Origin: Rhizobacter sp.
GTDB lineage: Bacteria; Pseudomonadota; Gammaproteobacteria; Burkholderiales; Burkholderiaceae_C
Direction: 5' to 3'
Length of the DNA: 64,000 nucleotides
NCBI GenBank assembly: GCA_046598195.1
Contig: JBKJJF010000175.1
Location: forward strand, 19,783-83,782
Below the pieces are notes generated by a model. That model ran no database searches, was not told the origin of the DNA, and saw only the letters and a list, made by a program, of their open reading frames with translations. Positions 33,547 to 42,493 of this stretch are shown piece by piece (positions within the stretch are counted from its first letter, which is position 1; each line of letters begins with the position of its first letter). Position numbers and translations under genes: made by a program.

Positions 33547-35073
33547 ATGCAAACGTTCAAATCCAGCGATCTTTTCCCCATCGTCGAGACCGCGCAGGGC
33601 AAGCTGCGCGGCTTGATCTCGGGCGGCGTCTCGTCGTTCAAGGGCATTCGCTACGGCGCCAACACGACCGGCGCCAACCGCTACATGCCGCCGGTTGCGC
33701 CGCCGCGCTGGGCCGGCGTGCAAGACGCCACCGGCCACGGCAACCACGCGCCGCAGATGCCAAGCAACCGCACACGCGAGTACGCCGACCTGATCATGTT
33801 CGACCAGCAGCCCGGCGGCATGGGCGAAGACTGCTTGGTGATCAACCTCTGGACACCCACACCCGATGCCAACGCGAGCTTGCCGGTGATGGTGCATTTG
33901 CACGGCGGCGGCTACTACGCGGGCTCGGGCAACTCGCCACAGTCAGACGGCGAAATGCTGGCGCGCTTCGGCAACGCCGTCGTCGTCACCCTCAACCACC
34001 GCATCGGATCGTTCGGGTTTCTTGATCTGTCGAACATCGGCGGCGAGCGTTACGCGCAGTCGGGCATGGTGGGCATGCTCGACATCGTGGCCGCACTCGG
34101 CTGGGTGCGCGAGAACATCGCCAACTTCGGCGGCGACCCGTCGCGCGTGCTGGTGTTTGGCCAATCGGGCGGCGGCGCCAAGACCAGCGTGCTGATGGCC
34201 ATGCCCTCGGCCAAGGGCCTGTTCCACCGCGCCGGTGTGATGAGCGGCTCGGCACTGCGGGCCACCACACCCGACCACGCGGGCACGGCGGCCGAGACCT
34301 TCCTGAAGATACTCGGCGTGAGCAAAAACTCGCTCGACACGCTGCACACCCTGCCCTTCGAGGAGTTGCTCGCCGCGCAGATCACGATGGAGATGGCCGA
34401 CCGCACGCAGGGCGAAGCACCCCGCTCGTTCTCGCCGGTGATGAACGGCAGCAGCCTGCCGCGCCAGCCCTTCGACCCCGATGCGCCGGGTGTTTCAAGC
34501 GAGGTGCCCATGATCATCAGCACCGTGCTCGACGAGCGCAGCTACCGTGCGGTGAACTTCGACCTGGACGAAGCCACGCTCACCCAATCATTGGGCCCGA
34601 ATGGCGACAAGCTGCTCGCCCTTTACCGCGCTGAAGACCCTGCCGCCACGCCCTACCTGATCCAGGCCCGCATGGGCACCGACAAGACCTTCCGCAAAGC
34701 GGCGCACGCTCAGGCCGAACGCAAGGCCGCCAGGGGCGGCGCCCCGGTGTGGACGTATCTGTGGAAGGCCCCGAGCCCGGCTTACGGCGGCCGCTTCGGC
34801 GCCACGCACGGCGTGGACGTGGGCCCGGCCAAACACGACATTCGGTATGGATTGAACGGGCCCAACGCCGAGAGTGTGCGGCTGGCCGATCAGCTGGCCT
34901 CGGCGTGGGCGACGTTTGCCGCGACCGGCAACCCCAACAACCCGCTCACGCCCGAGTGGCCGGCCTACACGCTCGATCGCCGCACGACGATGGTGTTCGA
35001 CAAGGACGGCGCGGTGACCGGCGCGCAAGACGACCCGCGCCGCGCTTTCCGCGAGTTCTGGGCCACCCGCTGA
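33547..35073 (+). CDS. Type-B carboxylesterase
   Basis: FKGIRY, EDCL..N.WTP, HGGGY, NFGGDP..V.VFGQSGGG, ATHG. Confidence 0.92.
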   Translation: MQTFKSSDLFPIVETAQGKLRGLISGGVSSFKGIRYGANTTGANRYMPPVAPPRWAGVQDATGHGNHAPQMPSNRTREYADLIMFDQQPGGMGEDCLVINLWTPTPDANASLPVMVHLHGGGYYAGSGNSPQSDGEMLARFGNAVVVTLNHRIGSFGFLDLSNIGGERYAQSGMVGMLDIVAALGWVRENIANFGGDPSRVLVFGQSGGGAKTSVLMAMPSAKGLFHRAGVMSGSALRATTPDHAGTAAETFLKILGVSKNSLDTLHTLPFEELLAAQITMEMADRTQGEAPRSFSPVMNGSSLPRQPFDPDAPGVSSEVPMIISTVLDERSYRAVNFDLDEATLTQSLGPNGDKLLALYRAEDPAATPYLIQARMGTDKTFRKAAHAQAERKAARGGAPVWTYLWKAPSPAYGGRFGATHGVDVGPAKHDIRYGLNGPNAESVRLADQLASAWATFAATGNPNNPLTPEWPAYTLDRRTTMVFDKDGAVTGAQDDPRRAFREFWATR

Positions 35074-35086
35074 GCGAGCGCGCCGC

Positions 35087-35725
35087 TTACTGCAGCGGCA
35101 CGCCGGTCTTGCTCTGCACTTCTTCGCGCGTCACGCCTTCGGCCAGCTCGACGAGCTTCAGGCCATGGGGGGTGACGTCGAGCACGCACAGGTCGGTGAT
35201 GATGCGGTCGACCACGCCCAGGCCCGTCAGGGGCAGCGTGCACTGCGGCAAGATCTTCAGGTCGATGCCGCCGTCTTTTTTCTTCGCCACGTGCTCCATC
35301 AGCACGACCACGCTCTTGACGCCGGCCACCAGATCCATGGCGCCGCCCATGCCCTTGACCATCTTGCCGGGGATCATCCAGTTGGCGAGGTCGCCTTTTT
35401 CGCTGACCTGCATCGCACCCAGGATGGACAGGTTGACTTTGCCGCCACGGATCATCGCGAAGCTGTCGTGCGAGCCGAAGATCGACGAGCCGGGGATGGT
35501 GGTCACGGTCTGCTTGCCCGCGTTGATGAGGTCGGCATCAACCTGGTCTTCGGTCGGGAAGGGGCCAATGCCCAGCATGCCGTTTTCGCTTTGCAGCCAC
35601 ACCTCGATCTTCGGGTCAACGAAGTTGGCCACCAAGGTGGGCAGGCCGATGCCGAGGTTGACGTAGAAGCCGTCAGACAGCTCCTTGGCCGCGCGGGCCG
35701 CCATTTGGTCGTGTGTCCAGGCCAT
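35087..35725 (-). CDS. 3-oxoacid CoA-transferase subunit B
   Basis: [15 protein letters not shown] (catalytic Glu), GMGGAMDL. Confidence 0.95.
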   Translation of the reverse strand: MAWTHDQMAARAAKELSDGFYVNLGIGLPTLVANFVDPKIEVWLQSENGMLGIGPFPTEDQVDADLINAGKQTVTTIPGSSIFGSHDSFAMIRGGKVNLSILGAMQVSEKGDLANWMIPGKMVKGMGGAMDLVAGVKSVVVLMEHVAKKKDGGIDLKILPQCTLPLTGLGVVDRIITDLCVLDVTPHGLKLVELAEGVTREEVQSKTGVPLQ

Positions 35726-35726
35726 G

Positions 35727-36434
35727 TCAGACCCCCGCTTTCTCTGTGATGGTTCGCTTCTCGATGCGCTTCTCGGGCGTGGCATTCAACACCAGCCGGT
35801 GCACGTAGATGCCCGCCAGGTGGACGGCATCGGGGTCGAAGCTACCGGTCTCAACGATCTCTTCGACCTCGACCACGGTGACCTTGCCGGCCATCGCCAC
35901 CGCCGGGTTGAAGTTGCGCGCCGTGCGCCGAAAAATCAGGTTGCCGCTCTTGTCGGCCTTCCAGGCCTTGACCAGCGACACATCAGGCAGCAGCGCGCGC
36001 TCCATCACGTACACATGGCCATCGAACTCGCGTGTCTCTTTGCCTTCAGCCACCAGCGTGCCCACGCCGGTCTTGGTGAAGAACGCCGGGATACCGGCGC
36101 CACCGGCACGCAGCTTCTCGGCCAGCGTGCCTTGCGGCGTGAATTCAAGCTCCAGCTCACCGGCCAGGTACTGGCGCTCGAACTCCTTGTTTTCACCCAC
36201 GTAGCTGGAGATCATCTTCTTGATCTGCCGCGTCTCGAGCAATTGGCCCAGGCCGAAGCCGTCGACACCAGCGTTGTTGGAGATGACAGAAAGATTCTTG
36301 ACCCCGCTGTCGCGCAGCGCCGCGATCAGCGCCTCGGGGATGCCGCACAAACCGAAGCCACCCACGGCGAGCAACTGCCCGTCATGCACGATCCCTTTCA
36401 GCGCGGCGGCAGCACTGGGGTAGACCTTGTTCAT
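35727..36434 (-). CDS. 3-oxoacid CoA-transferase subunit A
   Basis: [31 protein letters not shown]. Confidence 0.95.
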   Translation of the reverse strand: MNKVYPSAAAALKGIVHDGQLLAVGGFGLCGIPEALIAALRDSGVKNLSVISNNAGVDGFGLGQLLETRQIKKMISSYVGENKEFERQYLAGELELEFTPQGTLAEKLRAGGAGIPAFFTKTGVGTLVAEGKETREFDGHVYVMERALLPDVSLVKAWKADKSGNLIFRRTARNFNPAVAMAGKVTVVEVEEIVETGSFDPDAVHLAGIYVHRLVLNATPEKRIEKRTITEKAGV

Positions 36435-36474
36435 TACTTTCTCCTGCGAGGGCCAAATTGCAATCCGGGAGGGT

Positions 36475-36506
36475 ACTACGTAACCTATTACGTAGTCGTT
36501 ACGTAG
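36475..36506. promoter_or_regulatory. Triple TACGTA operator candidate
   Basis: ACTACGTAA-ccta-TTACGTAGT inverted repeat plus a third TTACGTAG in the divergent promoter region. Confidence 0.7.
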
Positions 36507-36533
36507 AATTCACTAAAAACATACCCGCTCCCC

Positions 36534-37097
36534 ATGGCCCTCAGCGCAGACGATTACCGAACCGCCTTCGACCTTGCCCCCGTGGGCATGGTCTTGTCGC
36601 GCAACCGGCTGATGCTCGACTGCAACCAGCAGCTGCTGGAGATGTTTGGCGCGGCCAAGGAGCAACTGCTCGGCCAGTCGTTCGAGGTGCTCTACCCCAC
36701 CCACGAGGAGTTCGAACGCACCGGCCAGCGCATCGTGGCCAGCCTCAACACCAGCGGCTGGTACGCCGACGAACGGGTGATGAAGCGGGTCGACGGCCCG
36801 CAACGCGGCGAGCTGTTCTGGTGCCATGTGTCGGGCCGCGCACTCGACCCCAAGCAGCCTCATGCGGCCGGCATCTGGTCGTTCGAAGACCTGTCATCAC
36901 AGCGCCGGCTGAAGGCCGACCTCACGGCACGCGAGCGCGAGATTGCTGCACTGCTGATCGACGGCCTCACCAGCAAGCTGATTGGCAAACGCCTGGGCAT
37001 CAGCCCACGCACGGTTGACGTTTACCGCGCAAGGCTGATGCGCAAATACGGCGCGGCCACCACACCCGACCTGGTGCACAAGCTGCTCAGCGTTTGA
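36534..37097 (+). CDS. PAS plus LuxR-HTH transcriptional regulator
   Basis: AF..APVG PAS domain, LTAREREIA...ISPRTVDVYRARLMRK. Confidence 0.9.
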   Translation: MALSADDYRTAFDLAPVGMVLSRNRLMLDCNQQLLEMFGAAKEQLLGQSFEVLYPTHEEFERTGQRIVASLNTSGWYADERVMKRVDGPQRGELFWCHVSGRALDPKQPHAAGIWSFEDLSSQRRLKADLTAREREIAALLIDGLTSKLIGKRLGISPRTVDVYRARLMRKYGAATTPDLVHKLLSV

Positions 37098-37147
37098 CAG
37101 CTTCCAGCGCGACGCGCACGAAGGAGGTCAACCCTAGCTCGGCGTGC

Positions 37148-37567
37148 TCAGGCGATCAGCTCACGAAGCCGATCTGGGAACGGCATCGACTTCTGCTGCG
37201 GGAAGTTCACCCACACGATGGTGGCGCCCCCGGCCGCGCTGATGACACCAGGCTGGTCGGCCCGCTCCATCGTGGTGAAGCTGTCGAAGCTGCTGCGGCC
37301 CAGGTTGGCGGCGTAGGTCTTGGCCACGATCTCGCCCGGGTATTCGAGCTGAATCAGGAAGTTGCAGAAAGCATTGATGATCACGAAGCCTTCGCCGCTC
37401 GGGTCGGGTGCAAAGCCCGCGCCGTTGAGCCACTCGATGCGCGCGGTCTCCAAGTAGCGGAAGTAGCTGACGTTGTTGACATGGCCCATCGCGTCCATGT
37501 CGCCCCAGCGAATGGGAATGTGCATCTCGTGAACCAGGCGTTTGTCGTCGGGTATCTCAATGCGCAT
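37148..37567 (-). CDS. Acyl-CoA thioesterase (hotdog, 4HBT-like)
   Basis: RWGDMDAMGHVNN..YFRYLE.AR. Confidence 0.9.
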   Translation of the reverse strand: MRIEIPDDKRLVHEMHIPIRWGDMDAMGHVNNVSYFRYLETARIEWLNGAGFAPDPSGEGFVIINAFCNFLIQLEYPGEIVAKTYAANLGRSSFDSFTTMERADQPGVISAAGGATIVWVNFPQQKSMPFPDRLRELIA

Positions 37568-37577
37568 CGTCTCTCCC

Positions 37578-38240
37578 TCAGGTTTTGTTGACACCCAACT
37601 CTGAATACAGCTTATCGACCAGGCCGCGCAGCTCGTCGAGCTCGCGCTGCATCGTGAGTTGCTGCGATTTCAGCGATGCCAGCTCGCTGGCCGCGACAAA
37701 GTCTTCCGACTGGGTGGCCACCGGCATGGCCGACACATCGACCGCGCCGCACAGCAGGTGTGACCAGCGCGCCTCGCGGGCGCCCGGTGCACGCGGCAGC
37801 TTCACCACCAGCGAGCCGCCCTTTTCTTGCGCGCGTGCCGCCAGCTCATCGAGAAAGGCCTCGACCGACGACACATCGGCAAAACGGTGCAGCCGATCGC
37901 AGTTGGCGCGCAGCTCCGAGCTGGTCTGCGGGCCGCGCAGCATCAACACGGAAAGCACGGCCACGCTCTGCGACGGCAGCGCCATCGCGCGGCCCATGTT
38001 GTGCTCGTAGCGCGTGACCCGCGAGCCGCTGGACTCAAAGACAAGGTGCAGCGCTTTCAGCGAATCGGCCGCCACCTGCACCTCGGCGTCAGTGGCACTC
38101 ATCACCGGGTCGCGCGTGGTCTTCTGGTTGCAGCCCGACACCAGCGAGTTGAGCGACAGCGGGTAGCTGTCGGGCACGGTGTGGGCCTTCTCGATCAGCA
38201 CGCCCAAGACACGCGCTTCAAGCAAGGAGAGTTCACGCAT
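37578..38240 (-). CDS. YceH/DUF480-family protein
   Basis: EARVLGVLIEK..T.PDSYPLSLN.L..GCNQKT.RDP, LRGPQT..EL, RE.RW.HL. Confidence 0.9.
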   Translation of the reverse strand: MRELSLLEARVLGVLIEKAHTVPDSYPLSLNSLVSGCNQKTTRDPVMSATDAEVQVAADSLKALHLVFESSGSRVTRYEHNMGRAMALPSQSVAVLSVLMLRGPQTSSELRANCDRLHRFADVSSVEAFLDELAARAQEKGGSLVVKLPRAPGAREARWSHLLCGAVDVSAMPVATQSEDFVAASELASLKSQQLTMQRELDELRGLVDKLYSELGVNKT

Positions 38241-38279
38241 CGTGCTCGGCCGTTCTCTTGTTTCGCGAGGCTCCAATGT

Positions 38280-38351
38280 CCGTTCGCACTGAGCCTGTCG
38301 AAGTGCCTGCTCCGTGCAACACGCCAGCTTCGACAGGCTCAGCCCGAACGG
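38280..38351. repeat. REP-like palindromic element, copy 1
   Basis: CCGTTCGCACTGAGCCTGTCGAAG ... CTTCGACAGGCTCAGCCCGAACGG. Confidence 0.88.
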
Positions 38352-38360
38352 TGGTTTGCA

Positions 38361-39143
38361 TCACACGGAAAAGCCGTCGTCCGCCTGGATCACGGCACCG
38401 TTCACGAAGTGGCTCTCGTTAGAGCACAACATCATCAGCACCACGTCCAGATCTTGCGGCTGGCCGATGCGCTTGCGCGGCAGCATGTTGATGAGCTTTT
38501 GGCCCTGCTCGGTCTTCCAGTGGTGGTGGTTGATCTCGGTGTCGATGTAGCCCGGGCAAATGGCGTTGACGTTGATGCCGTACTTGCCCCACTCCAGCGC
38601 CATCGCGCGTGTCATGTGCACCACCGCAGCCTTGCTCATGCAGTACACGCCGATCTGGCCCAGCACCTTCAGCCCCGCCATCGAAGCGATGTTGACGATG
38701 CGCCCGCCCGTGAAGGTGCCAGGTGCGGCGCCCTTGGCGCGCGCCAGCATGCGCTTGCCCACCTCTTGCGCCACGAAGAAGGCGCCCTTGGTGTTGGTGT
38801 CCATGATGAAGTCGTAATCTTCGGGCGTCACGTCAGTGAGCTTTTGTGTGGTGCTCACACCCGAGTTGTTGACCAGGATGTCGATCGTGCCCATCTCGGT
38901 CTCGGCGTGTGCCACCGCAGCCTTGATGCTGTCGTGGTCGGTCACGTCAAGCGTGACCACGTGCGCATCACCACCCGAGGCCTCGATCTCGGCACGCAAG
39001 GTTTTCAGCCGCTCGATGCGCCGCCCGGCCAGCACCACCGCCGCGCCCGAGGCGGCCAGGGTCTTGGCGAACTGTGTGCCCAGCCCACTGGAGGCGCCGG
39101 TGACCAGCGCCACGCGGCCTGACAGATCAATGGTGTAGCCCAT
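38361..39143 (-). CDS. SDR-family oxidoreductase
   Basis: TGASSGLG, NNSG, YCMSK, PGYIDT. Confidence 0.93.
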   Translation of the reverse strand: MGYTIDLSGRVALVTGASSGLGTQFAKTLAASGAAVVLAGRRIERLKTLRAEIEASGGDAHVVTLDVTDHDSIKAAVAHAETEMGTIDILVNNSGVSTTQKLTDVTPEDYDFIMDTNTKGAFFVAQEVGKRMLARAKGAAPGTFTGGRIVNIASMAGLKVLGQIGVYCMSKAAVVHMTRAMALEWGKYGINVNAICPGYIDTEINHHHWKTEQGQKLINMLPRKRIGQPQDLDVVLMMLCSNESHFVNGAVIQADDGFSV

Positions 39144-39232
39144 GTGCGTCTCCTCAAAAAATCATGTGTTGCGATGAAGATAGCACGCGCTTCTGCACTG
39201 CAGACATCCAACGCATACAGACATGAGCATAG

Positions 39233-39252
39233 AAAAGAACGATCGTTCTTTT
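39233..39252. promoter_or_regulatory. Perfect 20-bp palindrome, FadP-like (TetR) fatty-acid regulon operator
   Basis: AAAAGAACGATCGTTCTTTT between divergent SDR and ETF-QO genes; GAACG-N2-CGTTC core. Confidence 0.72.
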
Positions 39253-39304
39253 AGGCCTTCGCGGCAATTAGAATGCGCGGCAATTGTTCATTGAAGGAGA
39301 CTGC

Positions 39305-40990
39305 ATGACCCCCACCGAAATTCTTGCCCAGCACGGCCCGCGCGAAGCGATGGAGTACGACGTGGTCGTTGTCGGTGGCGGCCCGGGCGGCCTGGCAACA
39401 GCCATCCGCCTGAAGCAGCTGGCCGCGGCGCAGGGCAAAGAGGTCTCGGTGGTGGTGCTTGAAAAAGGCTCCGAGCCAGGAGCCCACATCCTGAGCGGCG
39501 CGGTGATGGACCCGAAGGCACTGACCGAGCTGCTGCCCGACTGGAAAAAAGACGGCGCCCCGCTCAACCAGCCTGTCACCGGCGACAAACTGCTGTGGCT
39601 GACGCAAAACGGCGCGTTCGACACGCCGCAGTTCCTCATTCCCAATTGCTTCCACAACGAAGGCAACTACGTCGTCGGCCTGGGCAACGTGGTGCGCTGG
39701 CTGGGCCAACAGGCTGAAGCGCTGGGCGTTGAAATCTTCCCCGGCTTCGCCGCCGCTGAAGTGCTCTACAACGAAGACGGCTCGGTCAAGGGCATTGCCA
39801 CCGGCAACCTCGGCATTGGCAAAGACGGCCAGCCGAATGCCAGCTTCCAGCTTGGCATGGAGCTGCACGCCAAGTACACCGTGTTTGCCGAAGGCGCGCG
39901 TGGCCACCTGGGCAAGCAGCTCATCGCCAAGTTCCACCTCGACGAAGGCAAAGACCCGCAGGCGTACGCCATCGGCGTGAAAGAGCTGTGGGAAATCGAC
40001 CCCACCAAACACAAGGCAGGCCTGGTGGTTCACACCGCCGGTTGGCCGATGAAAGACGACACCTACGGTGGTGGCTTCATGTACCACCTCGAAGACAACA
40101 AGGTCACGCTGGGCCTGGTGACCGGCCTCAACTACAGCAACCCCTGGTTGAGCCCGTTCGAAGAGATGCAGCGCTGGAAGACCCACCCGCGCATCAAGGC
40201 CTTCCTGGAAGGCGGCAAGCGCATCGGCTACGGCGCACGTGCCATCACCACCGGCGGCATCATGAGCCTGCCCAAGACGGTGTTCCCGGGCGGCGCACTC
40301 GTGGGCTGCGATGCGGGTTACCTCAACGGCGCGCGCATCAAGGGCAGTCACGCCGCCATCAAGAGCGGCATGTTGTGCGCCGAGGCCGCGTTTGCCGCCG
40401 TGCAAGCCGGCCGCCAGCATGACGAGCTGGCCGAGTACCCGGTGGCCTTTGACAAAAGCTGGCTGCGCGCCGAGCTGGAAGCTTCGCGCAACTTCAAGAG
40501 CTGGTTCAAGTTCGGCAACGTCTTCGGCGGGCTGATGGTGGCCATCGAACACTGGCTGCTGCCGCGCCTGGGTTTCAAGGCACCGCCGTGGTCTTTCCAC
40601 CGTGAAAAGGCAGACCACCTCTACCTGAAGCCCGCAGCCGAGTGCGAGCAGATCGCCTACCCCAAGCCCGACGGCAAGCTCACCTTCGACCGCCTGGGCA
40701 GCGTCTTCATCAGCAACACCAACCACGAAGAGCACCAGCCGGCGCACCTGACGCTGAAGGACAACAGCGTGCCGGTGAACATCAACCTCGCCAAGTACGC
40801 CGGCCCCGAAGCGCGCTACTGCCCGGCAGGGGTGTACGAGTACGTGAAGAACGCCGACAACACCGACCGCTTGCAGATCAATGCGCAGAACTGCGTGCAC
40901 TGCAAAACTTGCGACATCAAGGACCCGACGCAAAACATCGTGTGGGTCACCCCTGAAGGGGGCGGCGGGCCAAACTACAGCGGCATGTGA
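39305..40990 (+). CDS. Electron transfer flavoprotein-ubiquinone oxidoreductase
   Basis: DVVVVGGGPGGL, GAHILSGA, IKGSH.A.KSG, CPAGVYE...NCVHCKTCDIKDP. Confidence 0.97.
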   Translation: MTPTEILAQHGPREAMEYDVVVVGGGPGGLATAIRLKQLAAAQGKEVSVVVLEKGSEPGAHILSGAVMDPKALTELLPDWKKDGAPLNQPVTGDKLLWLTQNGAFDTPQFLIPNCFHNEGNYVVGLGNVVRWLGQQAEALGVEIFPGFAAAEVLYNEDGSVKGIATGNLGIGKDGQPNASFQLGMELHAKYTVFAEGARGHLGKQLIAKFHLDEGKDPQAYAIGVKELWEIDPTKHKAGLVVHTAGWPMKDDTYGGGFMYHLEDNKVTLGLVTGLNYSNPWLSPFEEMQRWKTHPRIKAFLEGGKRIGYGARAITTGGIMSLPKTVFPGGALVGCDAGYLNGARIKGSHAAIKSGMLCAEAAFAAVQAGRQHDELAEYPVAFDKSWLRAELEASRNFKSWFKFGNVFGGLMVAIEHWLLPRLGFKAPPWSFHREKADHLYLKPAAECEQIAYPKPDGKLTFDRLGSVFISNTNHEEHQPAHLTLKDNSVPVNINLAKYAGPEARYCPAGVYEYVKNADNTDRLQINAQNCVHCKTCDIKDPTQNIVWVTPEGGGGPNYSGM

Positions 40991-41077
40991 TCGAAGGCGA
41001 CGGCGGCGCTCGCAGCGGCGTGAACAAAATCAAACTGCTCCGCGCTGTGTGTCGCCTTGCTCGCGTGCGCTGGGCAC

Positions 41078-41098
41078 GGTGAACCATTTCGGTTCACC
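41078..41098. terminator. Hairpin between convergent ETF-QO and queD
   Basis: GGTGAACC-atttc-GGTTCACC. Confidence 0.5.
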
Positions 41099-41101
41099 CT
41101 C

Positions 41102-41470
41102 TCAGGGCGCGTAGCGGCAGCGGTCTCCGGTGCTGGCACGCCCCACGCTCACCGAGTGCAGGCCGGGCAAGTGGGCCAGGGCGCCGTAGATGTAGATGCA
41201 CAGGTTCTCCAGCGTGGGCACGCCCAGGCCAGCCACTTCGTCGAGGTGGTGGTGGTCCAAGCCTTCGCGAACCTCGGCAATCGCGGCGCGCAGCACCGCC
41301 AGATCGATCAGCATGCCGGTGTCGGCCGTGGGCTCGCCGCGCAAGCTCACCTCGGCGGTGTAAGAGTGGCCGTGCACACGCCGGCTGGCCAGCGCCTCGG
41401 GCGCTGACACGGTCTTGCGGCGCAAGGTGTGGGCCGCGTCAAAGTGAAAGGTTTGGCTGAGTTCAAACAT
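41102..41470 (-). CDS. queD: 6-carboxytetrahydropterin synthase (QueD/PTPS family)
   Basis: FDAAH, HGHSY, LDH..L, PTLENL; adjacent to queE. Confidence 0.85.
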   Translation of the reverse strand: MFELSQTFHFDAAHTLRRKTVSAPEALASRRVHGHSYTAEVSLRGEPTADTGMLIDLAVLRAAIAEVREGLDHHHLDEVAGLGVPTLENLCIYIYGALAHLPGLHSVSVGRASTGDRCRYAP

Positions 41471-41490
41471 GGCGGTCGGTTCTGGCCGGG

Positions 41491-42123
41491 CTATCGAATG
41501 CCAAGCATTTTGTGGGTCTGCACGCTGAGCTTCCAGCGTGGGTGGTCCAGGCACCATTGCACGGCCCATGCAGTGTTTTCAACACCCAACGGGCCGGCCA
41601 TGGGTTGCACGCGCAGGTGCTCAAAAGGCAGTTGACCAAGAGCCAGCAAATCGAGGCCGGGCTGCGGCACCACCACCTTGAGCTCGTGCCCCTGGCGCTG
41701 CACCAACGCCGCGCCAGCCTTGGGGCTCACACACAGCCAGTCGATGCCAGCGGGTGCGGCCAGCGTGCCATTGGTCTCAACCGCAATCTCGAAGTCTTGC
41801 GCGTGCAAGGCATCCACCAGCGCGCTGTCGACTTGCAGCAGCGGCTCTCCGCCCGTCAGCACCACAAACCGATCACCGGCCTGCACGGGCCAGCAGGCAG
41901 CCGCTTGCTCGGCCAGCAAGATGGCAGTGCTGTAGCGCCCGCCCAGCGTGCCGTCGGTGCCGACAAACTCGGTATCACAAAAGCGGCACACGGCCTGGGC
42001 GCGGTCGGCTTCGCGCCCGCTCCACAAGTTGCAGCCGGCCATGCGCACAAACACCGCCGGGCGGCCCGCATGGCTGCCTTCACCTTGCAGCGTGTAGAAG
42101 ATTTCTTTGACGGCGTAGCTCAC
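41491..42123 (-). CDS. queE: 7-carboxy-7-deazaguanine synthase (radical SAM, CX14CX2C type)
   Basis: VKEIFYTLQGEG, CNLWSG...CRFCDT, LTGGEPLLQ, ETNGT, LSVQTHK. Confidence 0.93.
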   Translation of the reverse strand: MSYAVKEIFYTLQGEGSHAGRPAVFVRMAGCNLWSGREADRAQAVCRFCDTEFVGTDGTLGGRYSTAILLAEQAAACWPVQAGDRFVVLTGGEPLLQVDSALVDALHAQDFEIAVETNGTLAAPAGIDWLCVSPKAGAALVQRQGHELKVVVPQPGLDLLALGQLPFEHLRVQPMAGPLGVENTAWAVQWCLDHPRWKLSVQTHKMLGIR

Positions 42124-42200
42124 AGAGGCAGAGGTGGTGTGAAAGGCGTTATTGTCCCGCAGCCCGCGCCACGCACAAAAGCCACTGCTACACTGAAACC

Positions 42201-42426
42201 TTGTCAGGAGAGAGCTTCCCCGTGAAGCCGCCGAAGGCGCAGGGCCGAGCAGAAATGCGAGGCCTGAACGCTCAGGCAAAAGGACTGGCAAACGCCTCAC
42301 GTCATGTGAAAGACGGGGGGCGTTCCTCGCTGGAGAGAGGCCCACCCGGAGTGGGCCCACCGAAGGGGCAAGCGTGGCGCCGTTGACCGGCCCGCGCCAA
42401 TCTCTCAGGTAGAGCGGACAGTGAGG
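42201..42426 (+). ncRNA. Tandem glycine riboswitch
   Basis: Two aptamers, each GGAGAG...CCGAAGG..CA...CTCAGG...GGAC, upstream of gcvT. Confidence 0.93.
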
Positions 42427-42493
42427 GCATTGCGGGCATTTTTCATCTCGGTGATGGATGCTTGCGACACAACAATGCCCTCGGAGAGCCGCC

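Noticed and set aside
41020-41082. Tiny ORF or signal-peptide-like remnant after ETF-QO
   Set aside because: 20 codons, no clear RBS, and a frameshift is needed to look like a signal peptide; unsupported.
41491-42123. queE/queD as part of a 7-deazaguanine DNA-modification (dpd) system
   Set aside because: No dpdA/tgt-like or other dpd genes nearby; the CX14CX2C QueE is a known Burkholderia-type housekeeping enzyme.
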